A stretch of DNA of 32,000 bases from Methanobacteriota archaeon (lineage in GTDB: Archaea; JAADCQ01; Methanopyri; Methanopyrales; Methanopyraceae), in the NCBI GenBank assembly GCA_027064425.1, contig JAMOPO010000052.1, positions 52,372-84,371 on the forward strand, read 5' to 3'. Of the stretch, positions 7,649-14,860 are shown piece after piece. A model generated the notes under the pieces. That model was not told the DNA's origin. It ran no database searches and was given only the letters and a program-made list of their open reading frames with translations. Position 1 is the first letter of the stretch; the number at the start of each line of letters is the position of its first letter. The translations under genes and the position numbers were made by a program.

Positions 7649-8502
7649 GCACCGTCGGCATCACCACCACCGTCACCGTGGCCGGCCTCACCGGGGTCAA
7701 GCGGGTCACCGCCCGCGTGGACACCGGCGCCCGCTACGACTCGCTGGACTACGCCCTCGCCTCCAAGATCGGCGCCGGCCCCATCGTCGACGTCAAGAAG
7801 GTCCGCTCCGCCACCGCCTCCCGACTCAAGGCCGAGCGCCGCCCCGTCGTCCCCATAACCGTCCGACTGGGCGACAAGGTCGTGCACACCCACGCCACCC
7901 TCGCAGACCGCCGCAAGATGAGGTACCCCCTGATCATCGGGCGGGAGACCCTCCGCCGAGCCGGCGTCCTCATCGATCCGAGCCTCGAGTCGGACGGGAA
8001 GGACGAGGAGAAGGAGACCGGGCGGCAGGCGGCCAGCATGCTCAAGCTGCACGCCAAGCTGCGCCGCGTGGTGCCGGAGGAGCGCGCCATCACCCCCGCC
8101 ATCCTGGCCCTTCAGCACGGTGGGGCCTGGTCTTACCGGGACGAGGACGTCTCCTCCGTGGCCGTTCCCGTCCGAGAGGAGGAAGACGGGGCCATTCTCG
8201 AGCGGCTGTACCTGCTGGTTAACCCTCGGGTCGAGCGCTCCGAGGACCGCATCATCCGGCTGGAGAAGTGCGGAGAGAAGGAGCTCCGCAGGGTGGCCGA
8301 GCGCCCGCGGGTCCTCGAAGTCAGCCACGAGGGAGGGGCCACGATCCTCGTCGACCCCCGCCGCCGCGTCGTCGAGGTCTCCCGGCTCGAGCCCGGCAAA
8401 ATCACCTTCCGGGGGACCGCCGCGGCCAACGTCCACCACGAGCTCTCCCACCTAACCGAGGAGGAGTCCGGCCCCACCATCCTGGACTTCGAGGTGGAGT
8501 AG
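7645..8502 (+). CDS. Retropepsin-like DUF785 (COG4067, misnamed 'ATP-dependent Zn protease') domain protein with an uncharacterised C-terminal domain
   Basis: ATG 7645 forms an ATGA overlap with the PIN gene. ARVDTGARYDSL...TLADRRKMRYPLIIGRETLRRAGVLIDPS matches the DTGA-type PF05618 pattern. The C-terminal ~170 aa are acidic and were not recognised. Confidence 0.6.
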   Translation: MSTVGITTTVTVAGLTGVKRVTARVDTGARYDSLDYALASKIGAGPIVDVKKVRSATASRLKAERRPVVPITVRLGDKVVHTHATLADRRKMRYPLIIGRETLRRAGVLIDPSLESDGKDEEKETGRQAASMLKLHAKLRRVVPEERAITPAILALQHGGAWSYRDEDVSSVAVPVREEEDGAILERLYLLVNPRVERSEDRIIRLEKCGEKELRRVAERPRVLEVSHEGGATILVDPRRRVVEVSRLEPGKITFRGTAAANVHHELSHLTEEESGPTILDFEVE

Positions 8503-8513
8503 GGTGACCGGCG

Positions 8514-9410
8514 ATGCCCGAGGTGCTCCGAGTCGCCACCCGGTCCAGCCGGCTGGCGCTCATTCAAACCCGAGAGTTCCTGGAGCACCTCCGCCACGAG
8601 CTGCCCCGTGACGTCGAGTTCAAGCTGGTAAAGGCCCGGTCGAAGGGCGACAGGGTCCGGGATCGCCCACTGCACCGGCTGGGAGAGAAGGGCGTCTTCG
8701 TCAAGGCGATCGACCGGCTGGTGCTCAAGGGCAAGGCGGACTTCGCCGTGCACAGCGCCAAGGACATGCCCTCCGATCCCGGCTACCCCGTCGAGTTCGC
8801 GGCCGTGCCGCCCCGTCGGGACCCCCGAGAGTGCCTCGTCTCGCGCACCGGGGCTCGCCTCAAGGAGCTCCCGAGCGGGTCCACCGTCGGTACCAGCAGC
8901 CCGCGCCGCCGCGCCCAAATCCTCCTCGAGCGTCCGGACCTGGAGGTTAAGCCCCTCCGCGGGAACGTGGACACCAGGGTCAGGAAGGTGAAGAACGGCG
9001 AGGTCGACGCGACGGTCCTGGCCAAGGCGGGGCTCGAGCGCCTCGGGATGGAGTCGCACATCTCGGAGGTGTTTGAGCCGGAGGAGTTCGTCCCACCCGC
9101 CGGCCAAGGGGCGCTGCTGGTCACCTGCCGCCGGGGCGACGACCGCGTCAAGCGGCTGCTGGAGCACGGGGACGACCCGCGGAGCCGAGTTGAGGTGGAG
9201 GTGGAGAAGGAGGTGGTGCGACGACTCGGCGCGGGGTGCGCCGAACCCGTCGGGGTGCACGCCCGCGCGCGGGGCTCCCGGGTTCACGTGATCCTGAAGC
9301 TGCTGGACGAGGACGGGGCTCAGGCCAAGCTGGTCCAAGGCAGGGGAGATCCGGAGGAGGTCGTGGAGGAGGTCGTCTCTCGGGCTCGGGGCGTAGGGTC
9401 AGTTGAGTGA
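8514..9410 (+). CDS. hemC: Porphobilinogen deaminase (hydroxymethylbilane synthase)
   Basis: LRVATRSSRLALIQT, KGVFVKAID, DFAVHSAKDMP, GTSSPRRRAQ, RGNVDTR, and GAGCAEPVG carrying the cofactor Cys. Confidence 0.9.
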   Translation: MPEVLRVATRSSRLALIQTREFLEHLRHELPRDVEFKLVKARSKGDRVRDRPLHRLGEKGVFVKAIDRLVLKGKADFAVHSAKDMPSDPGYPVEFAAVPPRRDPRECLVSRTGARLKELPSGSTVGTSSPRRRAQILLERPDLEVKPLRGNVDTRVRKVKNGEVDATVLAKAGLERLGMESHISEVFEPEEFVPPAGQGALLVTCRRGDDRVKRLLEHGDDPRSRVEVEVEKEVVRRLGAGCAEPVGVHARARGSRVHVILKLLDEDGAQAKLVQGRGDPEEVVEEVVSRARGVGSVE

Positions 9411-10212
9411 GCGCACCCTCTACCTCGTCGGAGCCGGGCTGGCGAACGTGCGCGACCTCACCGTCCGCGCCCTGGAGGTGCTGGCCCGGGTCGACCTGAT
9501 ACTGGTGGACACGTACACCAGCGTGTACGAGTTCCGAGAGGGGGAGCTCAAGCGCCTGCTGCGCGCGCTCGGCGGTGGGGGCCCGCCCAGGATCAGGCCG
9601 TGCTCGCGCGAGGACCTCGAGGACCGGTTCTTCGAGGTCTGCGGTGACGCGGAGGAGGTGGCCGTCCTGTGCCCGGGCGACCCGATGGTCGCCACCACGC
9701 ACTCCGCGCTGGCCGTCGAGGCCGCCAAGCGCGGCTGGAGGGTCGAGATCGTCCACGGGGTCTCGATCCTCACCGCGGGCCCCGCGAGGTCCGGGCTGGA
9801 GCTGTACCGGTTCGGCCGCACCGCCACCATCCCGCTGCGCGTCCGGTCCGTGTACCCGTACGACGTGCTGGAGGAAAACCTGTCCTCCGACCTCCACACC
9901 CTGTTCCTGCTGGAGGCGGTCTCCGAGCGCGAGTACGTCTCCGTGGCGGACGCGGCGAGGTACCTGCTGAGGCTGGAAGAGGAGGAGGGTCGCGGGGTAG
10001 TCTCACCCAATCACGAGGTGGTCGGGGTGATCCGCCTGGGCTTCGAGAACGAGCGGCTGGTCCGTGGAACGGTCCAGGAGCTGGCCGACTGGGACCCGCC
10101 CGGTCCACCACAAGCTCTTATATACCCCAGTCCCAGGCTGAGGGAGCCGGAGCGAGAGTTCCTGAACCTGCTAGTACCTCACATCCGAGACGTGGCGAAG
10201 CGTGGGGAGTGA
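9403..10212 (+). CDS. dph5: Diphthine synthase
   Basis: The TTG start at 9403 overlaps hemC by 8 nt. LYLVGAGL...DLTVRALE...[26 protein letters not shown] and LHTLFLLE are Dph5 signatures rather than those of a precorrin methylase. Confidence 0.8.
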   Translation: MSERTLYLVGAGLANVRDLTVRALEVLARVDLILVDTYTSVYEFREGELKRLLRALGGGGPPRIRPCSREDLEDRFFEVCGDAEEVAVLCPGDPMVATTHSALAVEAAKRGWRVEIVHGVSILTAGPARSGLELYRFGRTATIPLRVRSVYPYDVLEENLSSDLHTLFLLEAVSEREYVSVADAARYLLRLEEEEGRGVVSPNHEVVGVIRLGFENERLVRGTVQELADWDPPGPPQALIYPSPRLREPEREFLNLLVPHIRDVAKRGE

Positions 10213-10571
10213 CCTTGGCCGAAGAGGAGGGTGGCGACTACCACGTCGTGCTGGAGGCCGCGTGGATAGTGTACAACGTTGATAGCGAGGATGACGCCAT
10301 CAACATCGCGATCGCGGAGGCCGGTAAGCGCCTGAACCGTCACGGGCTGGATTACGTGGACATCGATGTCGGGTTCTACGAGTGCCCCGAGTGCGGTGAG
10401 GAGGTGGAGGGAGTGTGGATCGTCGCCAACACCGCGCTGGTTAGGCTCCTCCTGTCCATGCGCGTGTTCAACGCCGAGAGCGAGGAGCACGCGATCCGGA
10501 TCGCGAAGTACGAGATCGGTCAGGCCCTCGAGGACGTACCGCTGGAGGTCGTGGAGGTTACCCCGCTCTGA
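10209..10571 (+). CDS. UPF0212 / DUF555 family archaeal protein (CxxC-containing)
   Basis: GTG 10209 forms a GTGA overlap with the dph5 stop. [25 protein letters not shown]...YECPECG...[19 protein letters not shown]...VPLEV matches the MJ0068-type UPF0212 pattern. The upstream part of track ORF 9669..10571 is out-of-frame dph5. Confidence 0.7.
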   Translation: MTLAEEEGGDYHVVLEAAWIVYNVDSEDDAINIAIAEAGKRLNRHGLDYVDIDVGFYECPECGEEVEGVWIVANTALVRLLLSMRVFNAESEEHAIRIAKYEIGQALEDVPLEVVEVTPL

Positions 10572-10593
10572 GCCTGGTTTCTCCGAGGATCCT

Positions 10594-11709
10594 CTAAAGC
10601 CTGGTCCGGATGACCGTGTGGCCCCAGATCGCGGCGGACAGGATCGTGAACGTGGCCAGCGCGAACGAGTTCATCGCCCGTGAGAACAGGAAGGCACCGA
10701 TCAGCGACTGGACGGCGAAGGCGATCAGGCACCCGAACAGCATAGCCTCCCGGGCCACGATCCGGGAGGAGAACTCACACTGATGCATCTTGATGTATCG
10801 GGCCAGGCACCGGGAGCCCACGTACAGCGTGAGCCCCACCCACAGCGACAGCAGGAGCGAGCCGATGTACCCGAAGTCGAAGGCCCAGACGAAGACGCCG
10901 GGGAGCATGTAGTCGAGCAGGTCCTTTCGCGTGACCAGCGCGCCGTGCAGGGTGGGCACGTCCAGGTTGAACATGACCAGGTATCCCACGGGCAGCGTCA
11001 CGAACCCGTCACCGAACCCGCGCCAGTGGTAACCTGCCGGGAGCGGCTTCGTCGAGTGCCCGATCAGGTGCGCGTTCTTCAGGATGAGGTCGAGGCCCGG
11101 GACCGTGTACTCGGCGAAGCGCTGGACTCGGACGACCGGGCTGAGCACGGGCTTGTTCAGCGCGCGGGCCAGTGCCTCCATCATCGCCACGAACCCGACC
11201 GCGATCACGGACACCGCGGCGATGGTCCGACGGCTCATCCTAGCCGCGCGCATGGCGAGCGCTCCAACCCGCGTCTCCCCCTCCAGGTACCTGGCGATCA
11301 GGTACTCCGTGCCGACCCAGCAGAGGAACCAGGAGAGCAGGTAGTCACGATGCATTAGCCCGCCAACCATGCCGACGTAAAGCCAGAGCAGGTTCAGCAC
11401 CGGCCGGGTCCGGCGCGCGGCCGAGATGCCCCGACTCTCTAGGATTCCCACGAGGTACCGCGCCGAGGCCCAGGCGGCCAGCGTCAGCGGTCCGAAAGGA
11501 TGGGTGAACTCGTGCCGAGGCATGGGCAGGAACAGGGACAGCACGTCCACGGAGAACAGCAGGGCCATGACCACCAGGGTGAAGATTGACAGCGAGAGCA
11601 CGCGCTGGATGGTCACCGTGGAGTAGGCCAGCGTGAGTGGGATCAGAGTGTGGGTCATGATGACGAAGTCCAGCAGCGCCTCTCCGGTGTTGTGCGGTAC
11701 CAGGTACAA
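10594..11709 (-). CDS. Polytopic membrane protein (9-10 TM), possible SEDS/Wzy-like glycan polymerase; last gene of the Mur-ligase operon
   Basis: TTG 11709 lies 1 nt after the upstream stop. About six N-terminal TM segments are followed by an ~85-aa loop (..GHSTKPLPAGYHWRGFGDGFVTLP..DLLDYMLPG) and three C-terminal TMs (VFVWAFDFGYIGSLLLSLWVGLTLYVGSRCL...). The function is an inference only. Confidence 0.5.
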   Translation of the reverse strand: MYLVPHNTGEALLDFVIMTHTLIPLTLAYSTVTIQRVLSLSIFTLVVMALLFSVDVLSLFLPMPRHEFTHPFGPLTLAAWASARYLVGILESRGISAARRTRPVLNLLWLYVGMVGGLMHRDYLLSWFLCWVGTEYLIARYLEGETRVGALAMRAARMSRRTIAAVSVIAVGFVAMMEALARALNKPVLSPVVRVQRFAEYTVPGLDLILKNAHLIGHSTKPLPAGYHWRGFGDGFVTLPVGYLVMFNLDVPTLHGALVTRKDLLDYMLPGVFVWAFDFGYIGSLLLSLWVGLTLYVGSRCLARYIKMHQCEFSSRIVAREAMLFGCLIAFAVQSLIGAFLFSRAMNSFALATFTILSAAIWGHTVIRTRL

Positions 11710-11710
11710 G

Positions 11711-12901
11711 TTACCACCCTCTGGTCCGCCGGTGTAGCAGCTCTCTGACGCATCCGAGCACGATCAGGGTGACGCCCAGGGCCGATCCCAGCAGGCCGAG
11801 CGCGTGCAGCACCTCGGACGGAACGGGGGTCTTCAGCGGGCGCTTCTTGTACCCGGGAGGCAGCGGCCGCATGTACACCGTGACCAGGTTAGCCTTCGGT
11901 TCCACCTTGATGTCGCTGGGCAGCACGTAGTCGTAGCCCAGCAGGGTGTTGTTGTCGATCGCGTTGTCAATGGCCCGGGCGATGTGCGTTGGGTCCCGCT
12001 TCCCGCGCTGGATCAGCGACTGCACGATCTCCACGATGGTCGCCTTGTCGTAGGCGCTCCTGACCCCGTACACGCGCACCACCGGCTGGTTCTTACGCAC
12101 GGTGATCAGGTCGCGCGCCACCTGCCAGGCGTACTCCGTCTTCAAGCTGGAACCGCACACCGGGCACCGGGTGTACCTGCCCGCCGCCGGGTACGGCGCG
12201 CTCCAGCCGCACTTGGGGCACACCTTCCGGTAAGGAGCGTCCAGCGGAAACCCGCGCTCGTTGAGCCGAGCGGGCACGAACGTGTCGCCGGTGGAGAGTC
12301 CCGCGGTGATGTTCACGGCGCCGCCACCGTACTTCTCGCCCGACTTCCTGGCCACGTAACCCATGACCCGGGTGAGCACCTCCGTCGCGGGCAGCCCGTC
12401 CCGGATCATTCGGCCCGCCATGATCGCCGCCTCGACGCGAACCTTGGTCGCCGTACCGTACAGCGGGTTACCCGGCGTGTTACGCAGGTGGATGACCGCG
12501 CACTTGACGTTGGGCGGGATCTTGACGATGTTCGGGCCCGCGCTGCTGTGGTACTGCTTGATGATGATCTTGTTCCCCTTCACGATGACCACGGTGATGT
12601 CGTAGCTACCGCCCACCACGATGCCCCGACGCGGGCCGCCCACCAGCAGTCGGTCCGTAGGCGACTTCTCGACACCGGCCCGGACGGCCTCCTCCAGCGG
12701 CATGCCCAGCTCCAGGCGACGGATGCACGCCAGGATCGCCTCCAGCCGCGCGGTACCCTTACCTAGACCACCCGCCAGCACGGCCACGTGCAGCTTTTTG
12801 GAGACCAGGAACGTGGACTGGAACATGTTGGGAGCGAACGACATCGAGCCGGCGGCTGCGCCGTTCGGGTCCTTGCCCGTGGGATCCGTGATGACGATCA
12901 T
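11711..12901 (-). CDS. Membrane-anchored envelope protein with an internal CxxC..CxxC ribbon and a C-terminal TM; function unknown (the true start is probably upstream of the first ATG)
   Basis: The first canonical start is ATG 12901. C-terminus: LHALGLLGSALGVTLIVLGCV followed by RELLHRRTRGW. Cys pairs: CPKCG...CPVCG. An in-frame signal-peptide-like stretch (RRKIIRWAAILALALLLLPSASSA) is encoded at 12902-12982 with no ATG/GTG/TTG. Confidence 0.6.
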   Translation of the reverse strand: MIVITDPTGKDPNGAAAGSMSFAPNMFQSTFLVSKKLHVAVLAGGLGKGTARLEAILACIRRLELGMPLEEAVRAGVEKSPTDRLLVGGPRRGIVVGGSYDITVVIVKGNKIIIKQYHSSAGPNIVKIPPNVKCAVIHLRNTPGNPLYGTATKVRVEAAIMAGRMIRDGLPATEVLTRVMGYVARKSGEKYGGGAVNITAGLSTGDTFVPARLNERGFPLDAPYRKVCPKCGWSAPYPAAGRYTRCPVCGSSLKTEYAWQVARDLITVRKNQPVVRVYGVRSAYDKATIVEIVQSLIQRGKRDPTHIARAIDNAIDNNTLLGYDYVLPSDIKVEPKANLVTVYMRPLPPGYKKRPLKTPVPSEVLHALGLLGSALGVTLIVLGCVRELLHRRTRGW

Positions 12902-12987
12902 GTTGAACGTGGCCGAGGAGGCCGAGGGGAGGAGCAGCAGGGCCAGCGCGAGTATCGCCGCCCACCGGATGATCTTCCGACGCCCCC

Positions 12988-13404
12988 TTACCTCGGCAGC
13001 CCGTAGTCCTCCGTCACCCTCACGACCACGACGCCTGACCGCTTGATCGTGATCTGGACCGACTTGACGGGCTTAATTTTGGTACCGGGGATAACGCTGC
13101 GCATGGCGTAGATGCGCGCCCTCCTGACCGCCTCCTGCAGCGGGATTCGCTTGCCGTCCGGGGTGATCAGCACCCCGTTCTTGATCGTGGCACCCGGCCT
13201 CAGTCCCGCCGCCATCACGTTGCTCCTGACCACCTCCTCAGGCAGGAAGTCGCACCCTACCACGTCCACACCCACGATCTTGACCCCTCCCTGCTTGGGC
13301 AGCGGGCGGCTCGCCCAGGCCGTGTACTCGGCCAGCCTCCCCAGGGTGAGCAGCAGCGCTCCCAGCAGCATGATGGCGAGGTTACGCCTCGACACCCGGA
13401 TCAT
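12988..13404 (-). CDS. Bitopic membrane protein with a possible FtsQ/DivIB-like POTRA ectodomain
   Basis: The likely ATG at 13404 (MIRVSRRNLAIMLLGALLLTLG...) overlaps the Mur-ligase stop by 23 nt. It has one N-terminal TM. The following KIVGVDVVGCDFLPEEVVRSNVMAAGLRPG...IKPVKSVQITIKRSGVVVVRVTEDYG resembles a POTRA pattern. The track ORF reaching 13557 is an over-extension. Confidence 0.5.
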   Translation of the reverse strand: MIRVSRRNLAIMLLGALLLTLGRLAEYTAWASRPLPKQGGVKIVGVDVVGCDFLPEEVVRSNVMAAGLRPGATIKNGVLITPDGKRIPLQEAVRRARIYAMRSVIPGTKIKPVKSVQITIKRSGVVVVRVTEDYGLPR

Positions 13405-14860
13405 CCTCGCCCACCACCCCCATCTCCCGGAGGATCTTCCGGGCCGGCTCCATGCCCTGCGCCCCGCCCAGCAGCACCACCGTGTCCTCATCACTGAGCT
13501 CCAGCGCGCGCTCCAGCGCGTCCTCAAGCCGGTTGAAGTGCTCCCACTCCACCCCACCGCGCCTCAGCTCCTCCAGGAAGACCTCCCGCTCCTCGTCCCG
13601 AACGACGTTCGCCTCGTCCACCAGACCCTCCGAGTCCGTGGCCAAAATCCGCACCTCCACGCCCTCCCGCTCCAGCTCTCGAGCCCCCTTCACCAACGCC
13701 CTCGCGATCTCCCGGTTGATCTCCGTCCCGCGCGACCCCCGGATGGCGAAGACGATCACGGCCCGATCCTTGCCCAGCCTCCGCAGGGCCCGCACCGTCG
13801 CGAGGACACCGTCCGGATTGTGGCAGAAGTCGTCCACGATCAGCGGATCCTCCGACAGCCGCTCGAACCGGCGCTTGAGCGGGCGGTACGTGCGCAGCCC
13901 CTCCGCGATGTCCTCAGCGTCCACGCCCAGGGCGTGAGCGGCCGCGGTCGCGGCGAGCGCGTTGTACAGGAAATGGTCCACCGGGAGCGGGAACTCGCGG
14001 ACGGGGATCAACGGTTCCCCTTCCAGCAGAATCCACTCCTCCCCGTCCACCTCACCGATCCGGGCGACGCCCTCCTCCCACCCGTACCACACTACCTCCG
14101 GCGCGAGCGACTCCATCTCCGCCACGCGCTCGTCGTCCGCGTTCAGCACCGCGACCCCGTCCTCCAGCGCCCTGACAACCCCCGAAACCGCCTCCGCCAT
14201 CTCGTCCAGCGAGGAGACCAGGTTCGTGTGATCCACTCCCACGTTCGTTACCACGGCAACCTCACAGTCCAGGGCACGAGCCATCCGGTACGCGTGGTCC
14301 TCCATAACCCGGCCGGTCGGCAGGCCCTGAACCTCCGAGACCTCTACGCACAGGAAATCCTCCGGCCGGGCCTCCCGGATCTCCATAGCCACGACGGGGT
14401 CAATCAGCGTGTTCTTCTCGGACCGGAAGTCAGTGTTGCAGTACACGTCCCGGCCCGCCGACCTCAGGATGTGAGCGAGCAGGTGGTTGGTGGTGGACTT
14501 GCCGTTGGTGCCCGTGACGCACGCGGTGACGGCGTCGGGCGCGTACTCCCTTTTCGCCAGCTTCAGCGCGTACTCGTTGGCCCGGTCCACCTCCGTCAGG
14601 ATGAGGGGGAGACCGCGGCGCTCGCACTCTTCCTCCAGCCTGCCCCGCGGCTCCTCCGTGATCAGGCACGCCACACCGCGCTCATCCGCCAGCTCGGCCC
14701 CACGCTCATCGAGCCACCACCTGACCACCACGTCCCCCTCGCTCGCCCGCCCGAGCGTGGAGAACCAGCCCCGAACTCTTCCGTCGGGGTCCCCGACGAC
14801 CAGCTCCCCGTCCACCCTTTCAGCCAGCTCGCCCACGGTGGTTCTCAGCAGCGCGATCAC
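13382..14860 (-). CDS. Mur ligase family protein (MurE/MurF-like; candidate pseudomurein peptide ligase)
   Basis: GTG 14860 forms a GTGA overlap with the MraY-like stop. The N-terminus ELAERVDGELVVGDPDGRV is MurE/F-like. Motifs: P-loop VTGTNGKSTT, EVSE, TNVGVDH, DDFCHNPDG. The track ORF reaching 15391 is an over-extension into the upstream gene. Confidence 0.85.
   Translation of the reverse strand: MIALLRTTVGELAERVDGELVVGDPDGRVRGWFSTLGRASEGDVVVRWWLDERGAELADERGVACLITEEPRGRLEEECERRGLPLILTEVDRANEYALKLAKREYAPDAVTACVTGTNGKSTTNHLLAHILRSAGRDVYCNTDFRSEKNTLIDPVVAMEIREARPEDFLCVEVSEVQGLPTGRVMEDHAYRMARALDCEVAVVTNVGVDHTNLVSSLDEMAEAVSGVVRALEDGVAVLNADDERVAEMESLAPEVVWYGWEEGVARIGEVDGEEWILLEGEPLIPVREFPLPVDHFLYNALAATAAAHALGVDAEDIAEGLRTYRPLKRRFERLSEDPLIVDDFCHNPDGVLATVRALRRLGKDRAVIVFAIRGSRGTEINREIARALVKGARELEREGVEVRILATDSEGLVDEANVVRDEEREVFLEELRRGGVEWEHFNRLEDALERALELSDEDTVVLLGGAQGMEPARKILREMGVVGEDDPGVEA

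Noticed and set aside
8133-9338. 401-aa minus-strand ORF.
   Set aside because: It is antisense to hemC and the DUF785 gene and has low-complexity composition. The plus-strand genes are well supported.
10572-10596. Perfect 10-nt palindrome GAGGATCCTC (10585-10594) between the convergent UPF0212 and membrane-protein genes, considered as a bidirectional terminator.
   Set aside because: Archaeal termination mainly relies on oligo-T tracts, and only a TTT is present. The palindrome overlaps the TAG stop of the minus-strand gene. It is plausible but unsupported.
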